Positions 1 through 8,986 of a DNA stretch of 31,729 nt are shown here, piece by piece. Source of the DNA: a virus (taxonomy: Duplodnaviria > Caudoviricetes); IMG/VR virus record IMGVR_UViG_3300032294_001672, positions 1-31,729 of that record; one strand, 5' to 3'. Each line of letters opens with the position of its first letter. The stretch's first letter is position 1. The notes under the pieces were generated by a model. It was given only the letters and a program-made list of their open reading frames with translations, was not told the DNA's origin and did no database searches. Made by a program: the position numbers and the translations under genes.

Positions 1-115
1 AATTTTCTTCAAGTTCATCGTAATTTTTCCAATGTCCTAAAAGAAAAAGTTCTCCTTCTAAAGCGGCTAAGTCTAGTTCTGACCAGCCAGAACCGCTGCC
101 GCTAGTAGGTTTGGG
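1..115 (-). CDS. -1 frame extension of the tail assembly chaperone (gpGT-like), truncated by window edge
   Basis: The -1 frame from the slippery heptamer CCCAAAC (109-115) is open to the window edge and reads PKPTSGSGSGWSELDLAALEGELFLLGHWKNYDELEEN. It has no ATG of its own and sits in the canonical position downstream of the major tail gene. Confidence 0.75.
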
Positions 116-405
116 TCGTCAAGTTTGATTCCTCCGCAAACTTCTAGAATGCGGTTCATTGTTGGAACATCAATTGCATCTTCAAATGCTTCTCTGTCTG
201 CTACCAAATCTGGTAGTTGTTTTTCTAGTGCAATTGCACAAGCGTCAATTAAGATGTTTAGAGTTTCATCTTCTGTTTGGGAATCCCCAGTCTTTTTAAT
301 TGCAATCATGAACTTACGAAGTTCTTTAATAGAAAGTGGTTTTAGCTTTACGGTCTGTCCGTTTTGTAGCTGAACTTCTTCTACGTCATATACTGTTGTG
401 GCCAA
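73..405 (-). CDS. tail assembly chaperone (gpG-like)
   Basis: 110 aa acidic helical ORF directly after the major tail protein. TTG start with GGAGGA SD (411-416); X XXY YYZ slippery site near the 3' end. Confidence 0.8.
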   Translation of the reverse strand: MATTVYDVEEVQLQNGQTVKLKPLSIKELRKFMIAIKKTGDSQTEDETLNILIDACAIALEKQLPDLVADREAFEDAIDVPTMNRILEVCGGIKLDDPNLLAAAVLAGQN

Positions 406-434
406 TTTAATCCTCCTAGGATCTAGTCTTAATT

Positions 435-463
435 ATTATAACATATAGGCATTATCTATACAA
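435..463 (-). promoter_or_regulatory. sigma70-type promoter for tail chaperone operon
   Basis: TTGTAT-17 nt-TATAAT with extended -10 TG, immediately downstream of the terminator at 467-494. Confidence 0.65.
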
Positions 464-466
464 ATG

Positions 467-494
467 GAAAACCCCCAGTTTCCTGGGGGCTTTC
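467..494 (-). terminator. intrinsic terminator after major tail gene
   Basis: Hairpin GAAAGCCCCCAG-GAAA-CTGGGGGTTTTC with a GNRA loop and U-rich 3' side, 18 nt after the stop codon. Confidence 0.8.
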
Positions 495-512
495 ACTAAT
501 AAATTAAATTTA

Positions 513-1220
513 TTATACTGTCAATACACGGTCAATAATCTTGCCGTATTCTGAGCCAGCGTAGTTAGCATCTGGTAGAAGACGGAATGTTACTGGGAAT
601 GTGGTTGGAGTTGTACGAGCAAGTGAGAATTGTGACTGTTGTACAGACAAAACTCTACGTGCATAATATACACGCTCTGAAGCTGTTGAATTTGCTGTTG
701 GTGCTAGACCTACTGCAATCAACTGACGCTCTGTTGGGGCTGCACCAAGTGCACCTGCCTCAAGACCAAGTACGTCTTTCTTTGTTAGTCCAGTTCCTGT
801 TGTTGATAGTGATGATGCACCCTGTCCAAATACTGCTGCGATATTTTCGAGAGTACCTTCTGACATTTCTGTTGCAATCATAACTTCCATCGCAGACTTG
901 AATAGCTTAGCTGTATCAAGCAACTGGTCTACTGTTACTGAATCATAAGTTGGGTTATAGGTAATTTGAAGACCGTTGTTAGTAAAACCAACGTTACGAT
1001 ATCCAAACTTTCCTGCTTCCTGATCAACAGCATTTAGTGTTGTTGTGTATGATACGCCTGATGCAAATGCTGGGACGCCAACTGTTCCTGCGCCTGATGC
1101 AACTGCTACACCTGCTTCTGCGTTTGAGATGTAATCTGCGTCGTTTACGTCAATAGTTGACAAAAACAGCGGTGAAGCACCGACGAGAATATTTTTAGCA
1201 TTACCTACGGATTGTGCCAT
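513..1220 (-). CDS. major tail (tube) protein
   Basis: 235 aa with motifs typical of siphovirus tail tubes (NILVGA..., VGFTNNGLQITYNPTY..VTVDQLLD, FPVTFRLLPD). Strong AGGAGGT SD, own promoter and terminator; lies between the neck genes and the chaperone. Confidence 0.85.
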   Translation of the reverse strand: MAQSVGNAKNILVGASPLFLSTIDVNDADYISNAEAGVAVASGAGTVGVPAFASGVSYTTTLNAVDQEAGKFGYRNVGFTNNGLQITYNPTYDSVTVDQLLDTAKLFKSAMEVMIATEMSEGTLENIAAVFGQGASSLSTTGTGLTKKDVLGLEAGALGAAPTERQLIAVGLAPTANSTASERVYYARRVLSVQQSQFSLARTTPTTFPVTFRLLPDANYAGSEYGKIIDRVLTV

Positions 1221-1306
1221 AGTTTTCTTACCTCCTATATTTTAATATATATATATATTTTAAAATCTTAAATTAAAGCTGGCTAGGCTTCTTTCCTCTT
1301 AGGATA

Positions 1307-1335
1307 ATTTTATTCCATAATAGGTAAAAAGGCAA
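1307..1335 (-). promoter_or_regulatory. promoter for major tail gene
   Basis: TTGCCT-17 nt-TAAAAT; the same hexamers and spacing occur upstream of the protease gene (6949-6977). Confidence 0.65.
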
Positions 1336-1338
1336 ACC

Positions 1339-1851
1339 CTAGAGGAACCTGCCTGAAGCATCTGTAATCCTAGAGTATTTGATCTCTAATATAACCTCTG
1401 CAGAGAAAAACCCTTGAAGCTCTTCTGAGGGGGCTATTGGAGATATATCTGCTACCCATATGCTATGAAATTTAAACTTATTAGATAAACCAGTCCATTT
1501 ATTTATATCTTTAGCAGACTCATCCATTCTTCTAAACTCATCTGTCATATAGTTTCTAATTTCATTTATATCTGACACTGATGTAGAGTATAGAGTGAAC
1601 ATGACCTGCTCACAGCAAATTAGCCAGTTATCTTCATACGACATACCAATCTTGTCATAGACAATATGTTTTTTGCCGCTTAAAAATTGATTCATTTCAG
1701 CAGCTTGCTGAACTGGAATAATTGGGACAATACTCTCATTTAAGTTGTCTGACCAATAATCCTCTTCGTCGAATATGTTACGTGTATAAAGCTCTTTCCA
1801 TAAATACTTGCGAAGCTCTAGCATGGCATCTAGTTTATAGTTGGCCGTCAC
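1339..1851 (-). CDS. putative tail terminator / tail completion protein
   Basis: 170 aa, last neck gene before the tail tube gene; GTGA start/stop overlap with the upstream gene. Assigned by synteny and size. Confidence 0.55.
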   Translation of the reverse strand: MTANYKLDAMLELRKYLWKELYTRNIFDEEDYWSDNLNESIVPIIPVQQAAEMNQFLSGKKHIVYDKIGMSYEDNWLICCEQVMFTLYSTSVSDINEIRNYMTDEFRRMDESAKDINKWTGLSNKFKFHSIWVADISPIAPSEELQGFFSAEVILEIKYSRITDASGRFL

Positions 1852-2630
1852 ATTACACCCCCAAATGACGCTGCCAATGCCTCATCGGCCTGAGACCTAA
1901 TAAGATTTGGCGAAAATGAGTACTGAATTTTTTTAATATTAGATGGAACCCTAAGAGCCTTTGTAAGACTTGAATTGAATATTCTTTGAAATCCAGATTT
2001 TTTAATAGATTCATTTACCAATCTTCCGCTAAAAAATCTTGAATGCGCTAGAGTAAATTGATTAGTAGCAGCAGATCCTCCAGGACGCTTAACGGTTACA
2101 GATTGGCCTTTAGGCATAAAAACTGTTTCTCCATCAACTTCAAAAACTAGGCGTTCTGAATTTTTAGGTCTGATAACTAATGGTTTGCCAGCTTCCATTA
2201 TAGAAGCTTTATTTTTAAACATATGTCTACGTTTTCCATTTGATGAAGGAACCATAGATCTTGATGGTAAAAAATCGTAGTTTAGTCTAAAAGATAATCC
2301 TTCTTCAGAAATTTTATTTACTTTAAAAAGTCTAGCAGTTTTATCTCCAGACCTTTGCCATTCATAAACATGGTGCAAACTTTTAGGCTTTGATCTAGCT
2401 AATGCATCTATGTAATTTCCAAAATCCTCAGAAACCTGATTAAAAACTGTATTTACAAATAAAGCTTTAAATTTAGCACTAGATGTAAGCTTAGATATAA
2501 CGGCTGCTTCGTAGTATACAAATGCTGATACCTGAGCCACTGTACTATCTTTTAAAGGTCCGCTTTGATTATAATGCATCATTCGCTCAAGTCCGCTTGC
2601 TGCCTGAACCAGTAGTCCGCTATTGTCCAA
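1848..2630 (-). CDS. putative neck / tail-completion protein
   Basis: 260 aa basic protein in the neck block (LHHVYEW motif; ..IRPKNSERLVFEVDGETVF..VKRPG). Assigned by synteny. Confidence 0.5.
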   Translation of the reverse strand: MDNSGLLVQAASGLERMMHYNQSGPLKDSTVAQVSAFVYYEAAVISKLTSSAKFKALFVNTVFNQVSEDFGNYIDALARSKPKSLHHVYEWQRSGDKTARLFKVNKISEEGLSFRLNYDFLPSRSMVPSSNGKRRHMFKNKASIMEAGKPLVIRPKNSERLVFEVDGETVFMPKGQSVTVKRPGGSAATNQFTLAHSRFFSGRLVNESIKKSGFQRIFNSSLTKALRVPSNIKKIQYSFSPNLIRSQADEALAASFGGVM

Positions 2631-3048
2631 TTTGCTGGTTCTCCGATCTCTTCATAGATGAGTTATATGCAATCACACGACCAAATGGATCTGTGACTGG
2701 GGTTGTTCCCATAACTTCAAATACTGTTGGAGTTTCGTTTGGATAATTAATTTCATTCCAAATTGTGTTTCCTTCTGAGTCTCTAATATTTGTAACTTTT
2801 TCTCTGGCAGTTAATTTTTCTGCAGTTCTAACCTGAATAACCTGATCGTTTAAATATTTGTTTGAAAATATCTGCTTGTCACTAGAACGTGTAGTTGCAG
2901 AGTTACTGATAACTCCTTTAGCATGGCATGCTATTGTTTTGTAATAACTCCATTCTCTAAGGATTTCTCCTGTATCTGGATCCTGAACCTCAGACTGTCT
3001 ATATACATCTAAGTTCATAGACAAGACAGAGTCTACGATGCTATTCAT
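2620..3048 (-). CDS. putative head-closure (stopper) protein
   Basis: 142 aa beta-rich protein with an N-terminal DVYRQ..QDPDTGEILREW pattern typical of head-closure proteins; follows the adaptor gene. Confidence 0.6.
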   Translation of the reverse strand: MNSIVDSVLSMNLDVYRQSEVQDPDTGEILREWSYYKTIACHAKGVISNSATTRSSDKQIFSNKYLNDQVIQVRTAEKLTAREKVTNIRDSEGNTIWNEINYPNETPTVFEVMGTTPVTDPFGRVIAYNSSMKRSENQQIGQ

Positions 3049-4028
3049 TATATTATCTCTGCTTTTGCTGTTAAGACATAGTCTGCTAGTAGATTATCTG
3101 CATAGGCATTTCCAGTGCCAGTATATGCATCTCCAGTATATTCAAAATCCCAGTCAAAAGTTGATATGCTCTTCACATATTTATTTTTCCATACTGTGTC
3201 TTTAGAAAAATAATCTTTCATTAATTCTATTGCTGCAAGCTCTACGTTATCTGGGACTTTTGGCCAACCAAATCTACCCTGTACTTTATAAGGAACTCCT
3301 AATTTAAATATTCCAGAGTAATCGTTAATGCTTGGTGGAACCATGCCATTTGCTACATATACAGTATTGTCTAGCATATTAGCACGATTTATTTTTATTC
3401 CATATCCGCTTTCAGAAATTTCAACTGGATAATTCCAATTATTCATATCATTTATGGTGTCTAATAGCAGCACGTCATTTGCGTAAAGCTCATGCAGCTC
3501 ATGTATTTTTGCTGGAAGTGGTAGCACGTCTGAGTCATATCCATTTACTAAATAAAGATCATCATATAAATAAAAATTTTGACCAGTATGCTGCTCTATT
3601 ACTTTTCTAGCATATCTTTCTGCGCTTAATAATTCTCTATAAGACTTATAGTTGGGATCAGAAGAATCTGTAGAAAACCCTAAATCTTGCACATGATTAA
3701 AATCTATATACGGGGTAACTACATAAACTTCATCTGATCTAACTACCGCAGTTCCGCCAACTGAATACTCCCATTGCACTCTTAATGTTTTATTCCTATT
3801 TGTATATTGATAAGGAATATTTACCGTATATGTTCCTGGATTATTATCGTCAAGAGTAGAGGTTAGTAGTGCAAGTAAGTGTGTGGGATTAACTGCAGGA
3901 CTAATTGCTGGGTCGTTAGTAACATCATACAGTTTAACAACTGGTAGCGAATCTGAGTTAGCAACGTCACCATTCCAAAAAACTTTATGTGTAATTGGTG
4001 ACTGACTGTTTATTAATATCTCTGCCAT
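3048..4028 (-). CDS. head-to-tail adaptor protein with N-terminal Ig-like extension
   Basis: 326 aa. C-terminal part carries adaptor-type motifs (AERYARKVIEQHTGQNF, GWPKVPDNVELAAIEL, TGNAYADNLLADY); lies downstream of the capsid gene. Confidence 0.7.
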   Translation of the reverse strand: MAEILINSQSPITHKVFWNGDVANSDSLPVVKLYDVTNDPAISPAVNPTHLLALLTSTLDDNNPGTYTVNIPYQYTNRNKTLRVQWEYSVGGTAVVRSDEVYVVTPYIDFNHVQDLGFSTDSSDPNYKSYRELLSAERYARKVIEQHTGQNFYLYDDLYLVNGYDSDVLPLPAKIHELHELYANDVLLLDTINDMNNWNYPVEISESGYGIKINRANMLDNTVYVANGMVPPSINDYSGIFKLGVPYKVQGRFGWPKVPDNVELAAIELMKDYFSKDTVWKNKYVKSISTFDWDFEYTGDAYTGTGNAYADNLLADYVLTAKAEII

Positions 4029-4042
4029 TTAAGAGGCGTAGA

Positions 4043-4438
4043 TTAGTTGTAGTACTCCTGGACTTCTCTTGGAGTTGCTAATCTAAAGCCCTCCTCCTTA
4101 TCAAAAATTGCTTGCGCTGTTTCATTGTTCATTGCAATAAATGGGTGCTCTTTTGTGAACGTAAATCCCATAATATCATACCTAAAGTTATCTCTAGTCA
4201 TTCTTACTAATACTGTGTTTTCTGGCTGCTCCGCCTTTGGATCAAACTTTGGCAATACTTCTACTGACATATCTTCTTCTTCCATCTTGTCCATGGTCTT
4301 GTTATATACAGACCAAGTTACGCCTTCTTCTGCGAGGGCTGCAATAATGTCGGCCTTACTCTTTAGGCCATCTGTATCTACTGCAAAATCTTCTGCAATC
4401 TTTTTTATTTCAGATATCTTTAATGTCTCAAATGACAT
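4043..4438 (-). CDS. hypothetical head-associated protein (N-terminal HeH/Rho-N-like helical domain)
   Basis: 131 aa. LKISEIKKIAEDFAVD....KSKADIIAAL resembles a helix-extension-helix motif; AGGAG SD. Confidence 0.55.
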   Translation of the reverse strand: MSFETLKISEIKKIAEDFAVDTDGLKSKADIIAALAEEGVTWSVYNKTMDKMEEEDMSVEVLPKFDPKAEQPENTVLVRMTRDNFRYDIMGFTFTKEHPFIAMNNETAQAIFDKEEGFRLATPREVQEYYN

Positions 4439-4465
4439 ATAATTCTCCTATTTCTACTCTAAACA

Positions 4466-4494
4466 ATTATAGCATTACTAAATTAAAATGAAAA
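4466..4494 (-). promoter_or_regulatory. extended -10 promoter for neck operon
   Basis: TGCTATAAT (4466-4474) just downstream of the capsid terminator; weak -35 TTTTCA at 17 nt. Confidence 0.6.
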
Positions 4495-4524
4495 GCCCCC
4501 CAAAAATTAATTCGGGGGGCTTTT
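4491..4524 (-). terminator. intrinsic terminator after major capsid gene
   Basis: Inverted repeat AAAAGCCCCCC-N12-GGGGGGCTTTT followed by CATTTT. Confidence 0.8.
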
Positions 4525-4545
4525 AGCAGATTTAAATCCTATTAA

Positions 4546-5595
4546 TTAGGAAGCAACCTTAACGTCTTTAACAACTACCCAAGCGTCTGCCTGCTCGATT
4601 TGAACGCCAACACGAGTATACATTGTGTACTCGATTGAGTCCTTACGTGGCTGGAAGAAGCGGTATACGGTTACGTCACGCTTGATACCAATAACTACGT
4701 TATTTGGGAATGTCAAGTGGATATCTCCGTGATCGCCAGTCTCGCCTGAATATGTGCCATCTTGTGATTCCTTTAGCATAGGAACTTCAACGATTGGAAT
4801 TCCGAATGCAAATGGTGCTACATATCCTGCTGGACCACCAAGTCCTGGTGTTGTTCCACGGATAACGCCTGATGCGATATCTGATGGAATTGTTTGGTTT
4901 GTTCCAATGCTGTTAGCATATAGGAAATCTTGGATTAGGTTTGAACCTACCAAGAAGCGTAGATCACCACGACGTTGCTTGTACTTACGTGGAAGTGCCT
5001 TAAGAGCCTTATTGAAAAGCTCACGAGATACTCCTGCACCTGCACCAGCTACTACGTGACCGCTAGCCTTTGCCTTCTTTACAACGCCATCAAATGACTT
5101 GTATAGATTATCGCCAGTCAAAGCTGTATTTCCGTTAAGGATTACATCTTCAATGTCGTTACCTGCCTGTGTTGCCATCAAGCGGGCAATGTGATCTTCT
5201 AGATCTGGACCTTCAATGTTGTCTTCTAGAGACTCAGTTGAAAGTTCCCAATTTAGACGAAGTTTCTTAGTTGTGATAGAGATCTTTGAGAAAGTAACTG
5301 CTGCGTTTGAGCCAGTTTCATCTCCTTCAGTTGCGAGAGTCATAAGCTTCTCACCAACGGACATACGATCAATTTCTGCTGTATCGCTTCTCATTCTGAC
5401 TGTACGGGCGACCTTACCAATTACGGTTGCGTCGAACATATAATCTAAAAAGCGGGCTGATTGTTCTGCATTTAAAAGACCACCGTTGCCATCTTCTGAT
5501 GCACGATGAACTCCTGTTCCACCTGCGGTAGAAGCAAAAGTACCTGTAGCAGTTGTTCCTGCTGCGATTGCCTTTTCTAATGTTTCATTACTCAT
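4546..5595 (-). CDS. major capsid protein (HK97 fold)
   Basis: Motifs GGLLNAEQSARFLDYM, ELSTESLEDNIEG, QAGNDIEDVILNG, FGIPIVEVP. Start moved to ATG 5595 (MSNETLEK) because AAGGTAGGTGA lies just upstream of it. Confidence 0.9.
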   Translation of the reverse strand: MSNETLEKAIAAGTTATGTFASTAGGTGVHRASEDGNGGLLNAEQSARFLDYMFDATVIGKVARTVRMRSDTAEIDRMSVGEKLMTLATEGDETGSNAAVTFSKISITTKKLRLNWELSTESLEDNIEGPDLEDHIARLMATQAGNDIEDVILNGNTALTGDNLYKSFDGVVKKAKASGHVVAGAGAGVSRELFNKALKALPRKYKQRRGDLRFLVGSNLIQDFLYANSIGTNQTIPSDIASGVIRGTTPGLGGPAGYVAPFAFGIPIVEVPMLKESQDGTYSGETGDHGDIHLTFPNNVVIGIKRDVTVYRFFQPRKDSIEYTMYTRVGVQIEQADAWVVVKDVKVAS

Positions 5596-5612
5596 ATTAT
5601 ATTTCACCTACC

Positions 5613-6155
5613 TTATTTAATTAATTCTGTTACGGAACCGAGGAAAGAACCGTTCCACTTTGATTTATTGATTGTTACTTCCTGAGACCCGCCAAGGTCC
5701 GAGGACTTCTTAATTGCAGTCTCTGATTCTACTGCATCGACACGCTTTTGTACGCCATCAATCGTGTTCTTGATATCTTCTACAGCCTTTGAAAGTGCTG
5801 CATTTTGTTCTGCCAATTCTGAAATACGGCCATCTACGCTCTTGCTAAAAGTTTCAACTGTTTCTTTAATAGCTGTAACCTGTGTTGCATTTGCTTCTGA
5901 AGCCTTATTCAATGTCTCTGAGAAAAATCCTTTAAGATCGCCAAGCATCTTTGCAAAATCAGGTTCATCAACCACAACTTCTGATACGTCGGCTGCTTTT
6001 TCTAGAGATTCGGCAGAAGCGTCTGATACTGCATCTGCAGGAGCCTCTTCAACAGCTGGTGCTTCCTCTGCGGGAGCAGCTGCTGCTGTGTCTTCTACAA
6101 CTGCTTCTGATACTACTGCATCTTCTGCAACTGTGTTTTCTTCATGATGTGACAC
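5613..6155 (-). CDS. putative nested in-frame scaffold protein (internal GTG start)
   Basis: AAGGAGGT SD (6162-6169) lies 6 nt before an in-frame GTG (codon 263), exactly at the start of the acidic/coiled-coil region; gives 180 aa. Confidence 0.6.
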   Translation of the reverse strand: MSHHEENTVAEDAVVSEAVVEDTAAAAPAEEAPAVEEAPADAVSDASAESLEKAADVSEVVVDEPDFAKMLGDLKGFFSETLNKASEANATQVTAIKETVETFSKSVDGRISELAEQNAALSKAVEDIKNTIDGVQKRVDAVESETAIKKSSDLGGSQEVTINKSKWNGSFLGSVTELIK

Positions 6156-6941
6156 TTCATTACCTCCTTCTATGTCTGCCTGTTTTGCAATTTGTGTTTC
6201 AGGCGTCGACAATCTTGACTTTTTGTGTAAATCAAGAATCTTATCTATTTCTTTTGCTTTGTTAACATCGTTTGACTCTACCCAACCAATTAGTGTTGCA
6301 GGCTTGCCTGTAACTGGGGAATCATAAGATGATTCTTTTGATACAAATACTGAATCGGTATCTGCACAATAAAAAATATTTTCTGCTACAACTTCTGTTG
6401 CCATTCCTTTAAATACTAGCTGACCGTTCATTTTTTGAACAGACAAGATGTTGCATAGTTCATTTGCTGGAGAGTCAACTACTGACAATTCCATCAATGC
6501 ATATTCTTTAATAAATCTTACTGGCTTACCTGTAGACTTGTTAACTTCATTTTCTGAATCTACAATTTTTCCGCCAATTGAAAATCCTGCTAATGTTCCG
6601 TCTAGAATTTTTTCCCAAGTATCTTGAGCACCTTTTGAGATGTATGCATCAACATAAACTCCATTGTAAAATTCTTTTGTTGTTGGATCATAAAATGTTT
6701 CTGGCTTAAATGAAACCATTTTGCCAACTGCATTTGATCCATGCATCTCACGAATGTTTCCACGAAAACTCTCAAACGCTTTTAGACTTGCTTCAGCAGT
6801 AACAACATCGCCAGTCTGATCGATATTATCTAAAGTTGCAAATCCTGAGACAGTTCTTTTTTCACGGTTAACCTTGGTAAAAGGAACCGATAATGTAAGG
6901 TTGTCGCCATGCGAAGACCACAATGATTTTTCAATGTTCAT
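5613..6941 (-). CDS. prohead protease fused to scaffold domain
   Basis: N-terminal HK97-type protease motifs (RTVSGFAT..NIDQTGD, IREMH, GFSIGG, ELSVVDSPAN). C-terminal Ala/Glu-rich linker and coiled coil; between portal and capsid. Confidence 0.85.
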   Translation of the reverse strand: MNIEKSLWSSHGDNLTLSVPFTKVNREKRTVSGFATLDNIDQTGDVVTAEASLKAFESFRGNIREMHGSNAVGKMVSFKPETFYDPTTKEFYNGVYVDAYISKGAQDTWEKILDGTLAGFSIGGKIVDSENEVNKSTGKPVRFIKEYALMELSVVDSPANELCNILSVQKMNGQLVFKGMATEVVAENIFYCADTDSVFVSKESSYDSPVTGKPATLIGWVESNDVNKAKEIDKILDLHKKSRLSTPETQIAKQADIEGGNEVSHHEENTVAEDAVVSEAVVEDTAAAAPAEEAPAVEEAPADAVSDASAESLEKAADVSEVVVDEPDFAKMLGDLKGFFSETLNKASEANATQVTAIKETVETFSKSVDGRISELAEQNAALSKAVEDIKNTIDGVQKRVDAVESETAIKKSSDLGGSQEVTINKSKWNGSFLGSVTELIK

Positions 6942-6948
6942 ATGCTTA

Positions 6949-6977
6949 ATTTTATAACGTTATTGTATATAAGGCAA
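6949..6977 (-). promoter_or_regulatory. promoter for protease/capsid operon, probably leaderless
   Basis: TTGCCT-17 nt-TAAAAT, then 7 nt to ATG 6941; no SD. Confidence 0.65.
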
Positions 6978-6995
6978 ATAATCAGTTGAGTAAGG

Positions 6996-8579
6996 TTATT
7001 CGACTTGTCGTCCGTCGCCCTGAGCATTTCGGCCTTCTCCAGAAACATCTGGGGAATTTGCAGATCTTTCAGAATCTCTAGATCTAGTTTTTCCTGCCTG
7101 TGCTCTTACCTCTGCCTGTTGCTGTGGCTTTAATTCAACAACCTTATCTCCACCATCAAGTGGGACAAGGCCCATTCTAATTCTTACCTCGTTAGGGGTA
7201 ATGACCTGCATCCTCAAATATCGCTCATCAATTTTTGACTGGGTATCTTCATCGGTTAGAGTAAGTTCATTAAATTTAAGAAGTAGGGCATCTGTCATCT
7301 CTTCAATAATTTTATTTAATTTCTTTTCTAAATTCATTTGAGCTGGACGACATACCTGCTCTCTAAATGTTTTATCTGCATCTCTTGCGACTGCAAGATT
7401 GACTCCCTCTGGGGTTCCAATTTTATTAATTGGAACACGATGAGATAATAGAATTTCATCTCTATTAGATTTACGATACACATTAAATGAAGACTCTTGA
7501 GTTCCTGCCTCAATTGGCTCCATCTTAAATTCAACCTTTGAATCTGGTGAATCTGGTGGAAGTGGTATATATAAAGATCTGTGATTCTTGCCTCTTAGAC
7601 CTACCTGAAAAAACTCCAACAATTTACGCTCAGACTCTGTTGATAATTTAGCACCCTTTACCGTAATAATGTATCTTGGAACCGCCTTATTTTCAAAGTA
7701 GTCAAGGTTATACTTTCCAGCAAACTCATTTCCAGCCATAGCATTTGAAGAGGCTACGATATCTGGAATTCCATAGTAGTTATTTGTTGGTGTATATTTC
7801 TTTAAATGAATAATTTCATTTGGCCTATCTAGTCCGCCTGCAATTGGATTCTCTGTTTCTTGATCTCCGAAGTTACGGAAGTATACAGCCTTTCCGTAGA
7901 GCAACTGAATAAAGCCATCACGAAGTCTACGAACACGCATTGTCTTTGCTGGGATATGCCCTATATATCCAATTCTTCCAGAAGACGTTCTGCCGATTTC
8001 AATATATCCATTTCCTGTTGCTTCAACATCTGTGTAAGCCTTGATAAGGGTTTCTGTAAATGTTTCTTCTTCGTTACACTGTTCTAGCCAATCATAAAGA
8101 TCCTGACGCAGTCTATTTAATTTTCTACGTGCACGATCTAAAGCTTTATCATCTGTAATATTATCAAATGCTTCTTGTGTTTTACGTGTTTCAATAAAGT
8201 CATGTCCAAGTCCAACAATATTTGAAACCTTAGCATTAATTGCTGAATAGTTGTATGGAGAAATTTCGTAAATAGTTGAAAGATAATCTAAATTGTATGG
8301 TGGCTCGATAAGATCGAACATGGCATAGCCAGTGATTGCTTGTGCCAATAAATTTTGTTGAGTTTCAGTTCCATCAATTCCTTGAAATCTTTTTTGCAAT
8401 TCCCTGTTCATCTTACGACGAAATGCAGGGCTTAGCCCTGATATCTTTGTCAGATCTTCTCCGCTTACCTTAAAAAGATCTGTGCTTGTTTGCTCTCTAG
8501 GAGTATTAAATTTCATCCAGTCAGCTACATTAGATATTGAAATATCTTTAGAGTCATCTTCATCTACATACTCAATCAT
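6996..8579 (-). CDS. portal protein
   Basis: 527 aa with portal motifs (TGNGYIEIGR, EIIHLKKYTPTNNYYGIP, YFENKAVP, RDEILLSHRVP, ITPNEVRIRMGLVPLDGGD); upstream of the protease. Confidence 0.9.
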   Translation of the reverse strand: MIEYVDEDDSKDISISNVADWMKFNTPREQTSTDLFKVSGEDLTKISGLSPAFRRKMNRELQKRFQGIDGTETQQNLLAQAITGYAMFDLIEPPYNLDYLSTIYEISPYNYSAINAKVSNIVGLGHDFIETRKTQEAFDNITDDKALDRARRKLNRLRQDLYDWLEQCNEEETFTETLIKAYTDVEATGNGYIEIGRTSSGRIGYIGHIPAKTMRVRRLRDGFIQLLYGKAVYFRNFGDQETENPIAGGLDRPNEIIHLKKYTPTNNYYGIPDIVASSNAMAGNEFAGKYNLDYFENKAVPRYIITVKGAKLSTESERKLLEFFQVGLRGKNHRSLYIPLPPDSPDSKVEFKMEPIEAGTQESSFNVYRKSNRDEILLSHRVPINKIGTPEGVNLAVARDADKTFREQVCRPAQMNLEKKLNKIIEEMTDALLLKFNELTLTDEDTQSKIDERYLRMQVITPNEVRIRMGLVPLDGGDKVVELKPQQQAEVRAQAGKTRSRDSERSANSPDVSGEGRNAQGDGRQVE

Positions 8580-8923
8580 TATTGTCCCTCTGCCCTTAAA
8601 TTTTTAATTTCGTCTTTATAGTTTCCAATATCCAAAGGATCTGGAACTAGTCCCCATTTAAGTCTTTGTTCTTGCTCTGCGTATTCTTCATCTGTAATTT
8701 TGCGTCTTGCTGAAAGAAATTTAGGCCCGCCTTCATATATGCCGAATGTGCGAACTTCTCTAGCCAAAGCATCGATTCTGGATTTATTGCCTTTTTTTGA
8801 CGTGATCGAAAGATAATTCCCATCTTCATCTCCAATCCATCTGCCGTCTGGCATTTCCCAAACATATATGCCTAGTGTTGACTCTTCCTGCAGAATCTTT
8901 GTATTTGCTTTACTAATATCCAT
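8579..8923 (-). CDS. hypothetical protein upstream of portal
   Basis: 114 aa, translationally coupled to the portal (stop/start overlap at 8579). Confidence 0.7.
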   Translation of the reverse strand: MDISKANTKILQEESTLGIYVWEMPDGRWIGDEDGNYLSITSKKGNKSRIDALAREVRTFGIYEGGPKFLSARRKITDEEYAEQEQRLKWGLVPDPLDIGNYKDEIKNLRAEGQ

Positions 8924-8931
8924 AGAAGTTT

Positions 8932-8960
8932 ATTTTACCATTCTTTATGGCCTAAGTCCA
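8932..8960 (-). promoter_or_regulatory. promoter for portal operon
   Basis: TGGACT-17 nt-TAAAAT with extended TG, 8 nt before ATG 8923. Confidence 0.55.
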
Positions 8961-8963
8961 GCT

Positions 8964-8986
8964 TTTTGTCAAGGCGTATGACAAAA
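8964..8986. repeat. inverted repeat TTTTGTCA-N7-TGACAAAA (terminator or operator)
   Basis: Perfect 8-bp arms directly after the LamG gene stop and just upstream of the -35 box. Confidence 0.5.

Noticed and set aside
5596-5607. GTG start at 5607 for the capsid
   Set aside because: That GTG is part of the SD-like AGGTGA; ATG 5595 has appropriate spacing.
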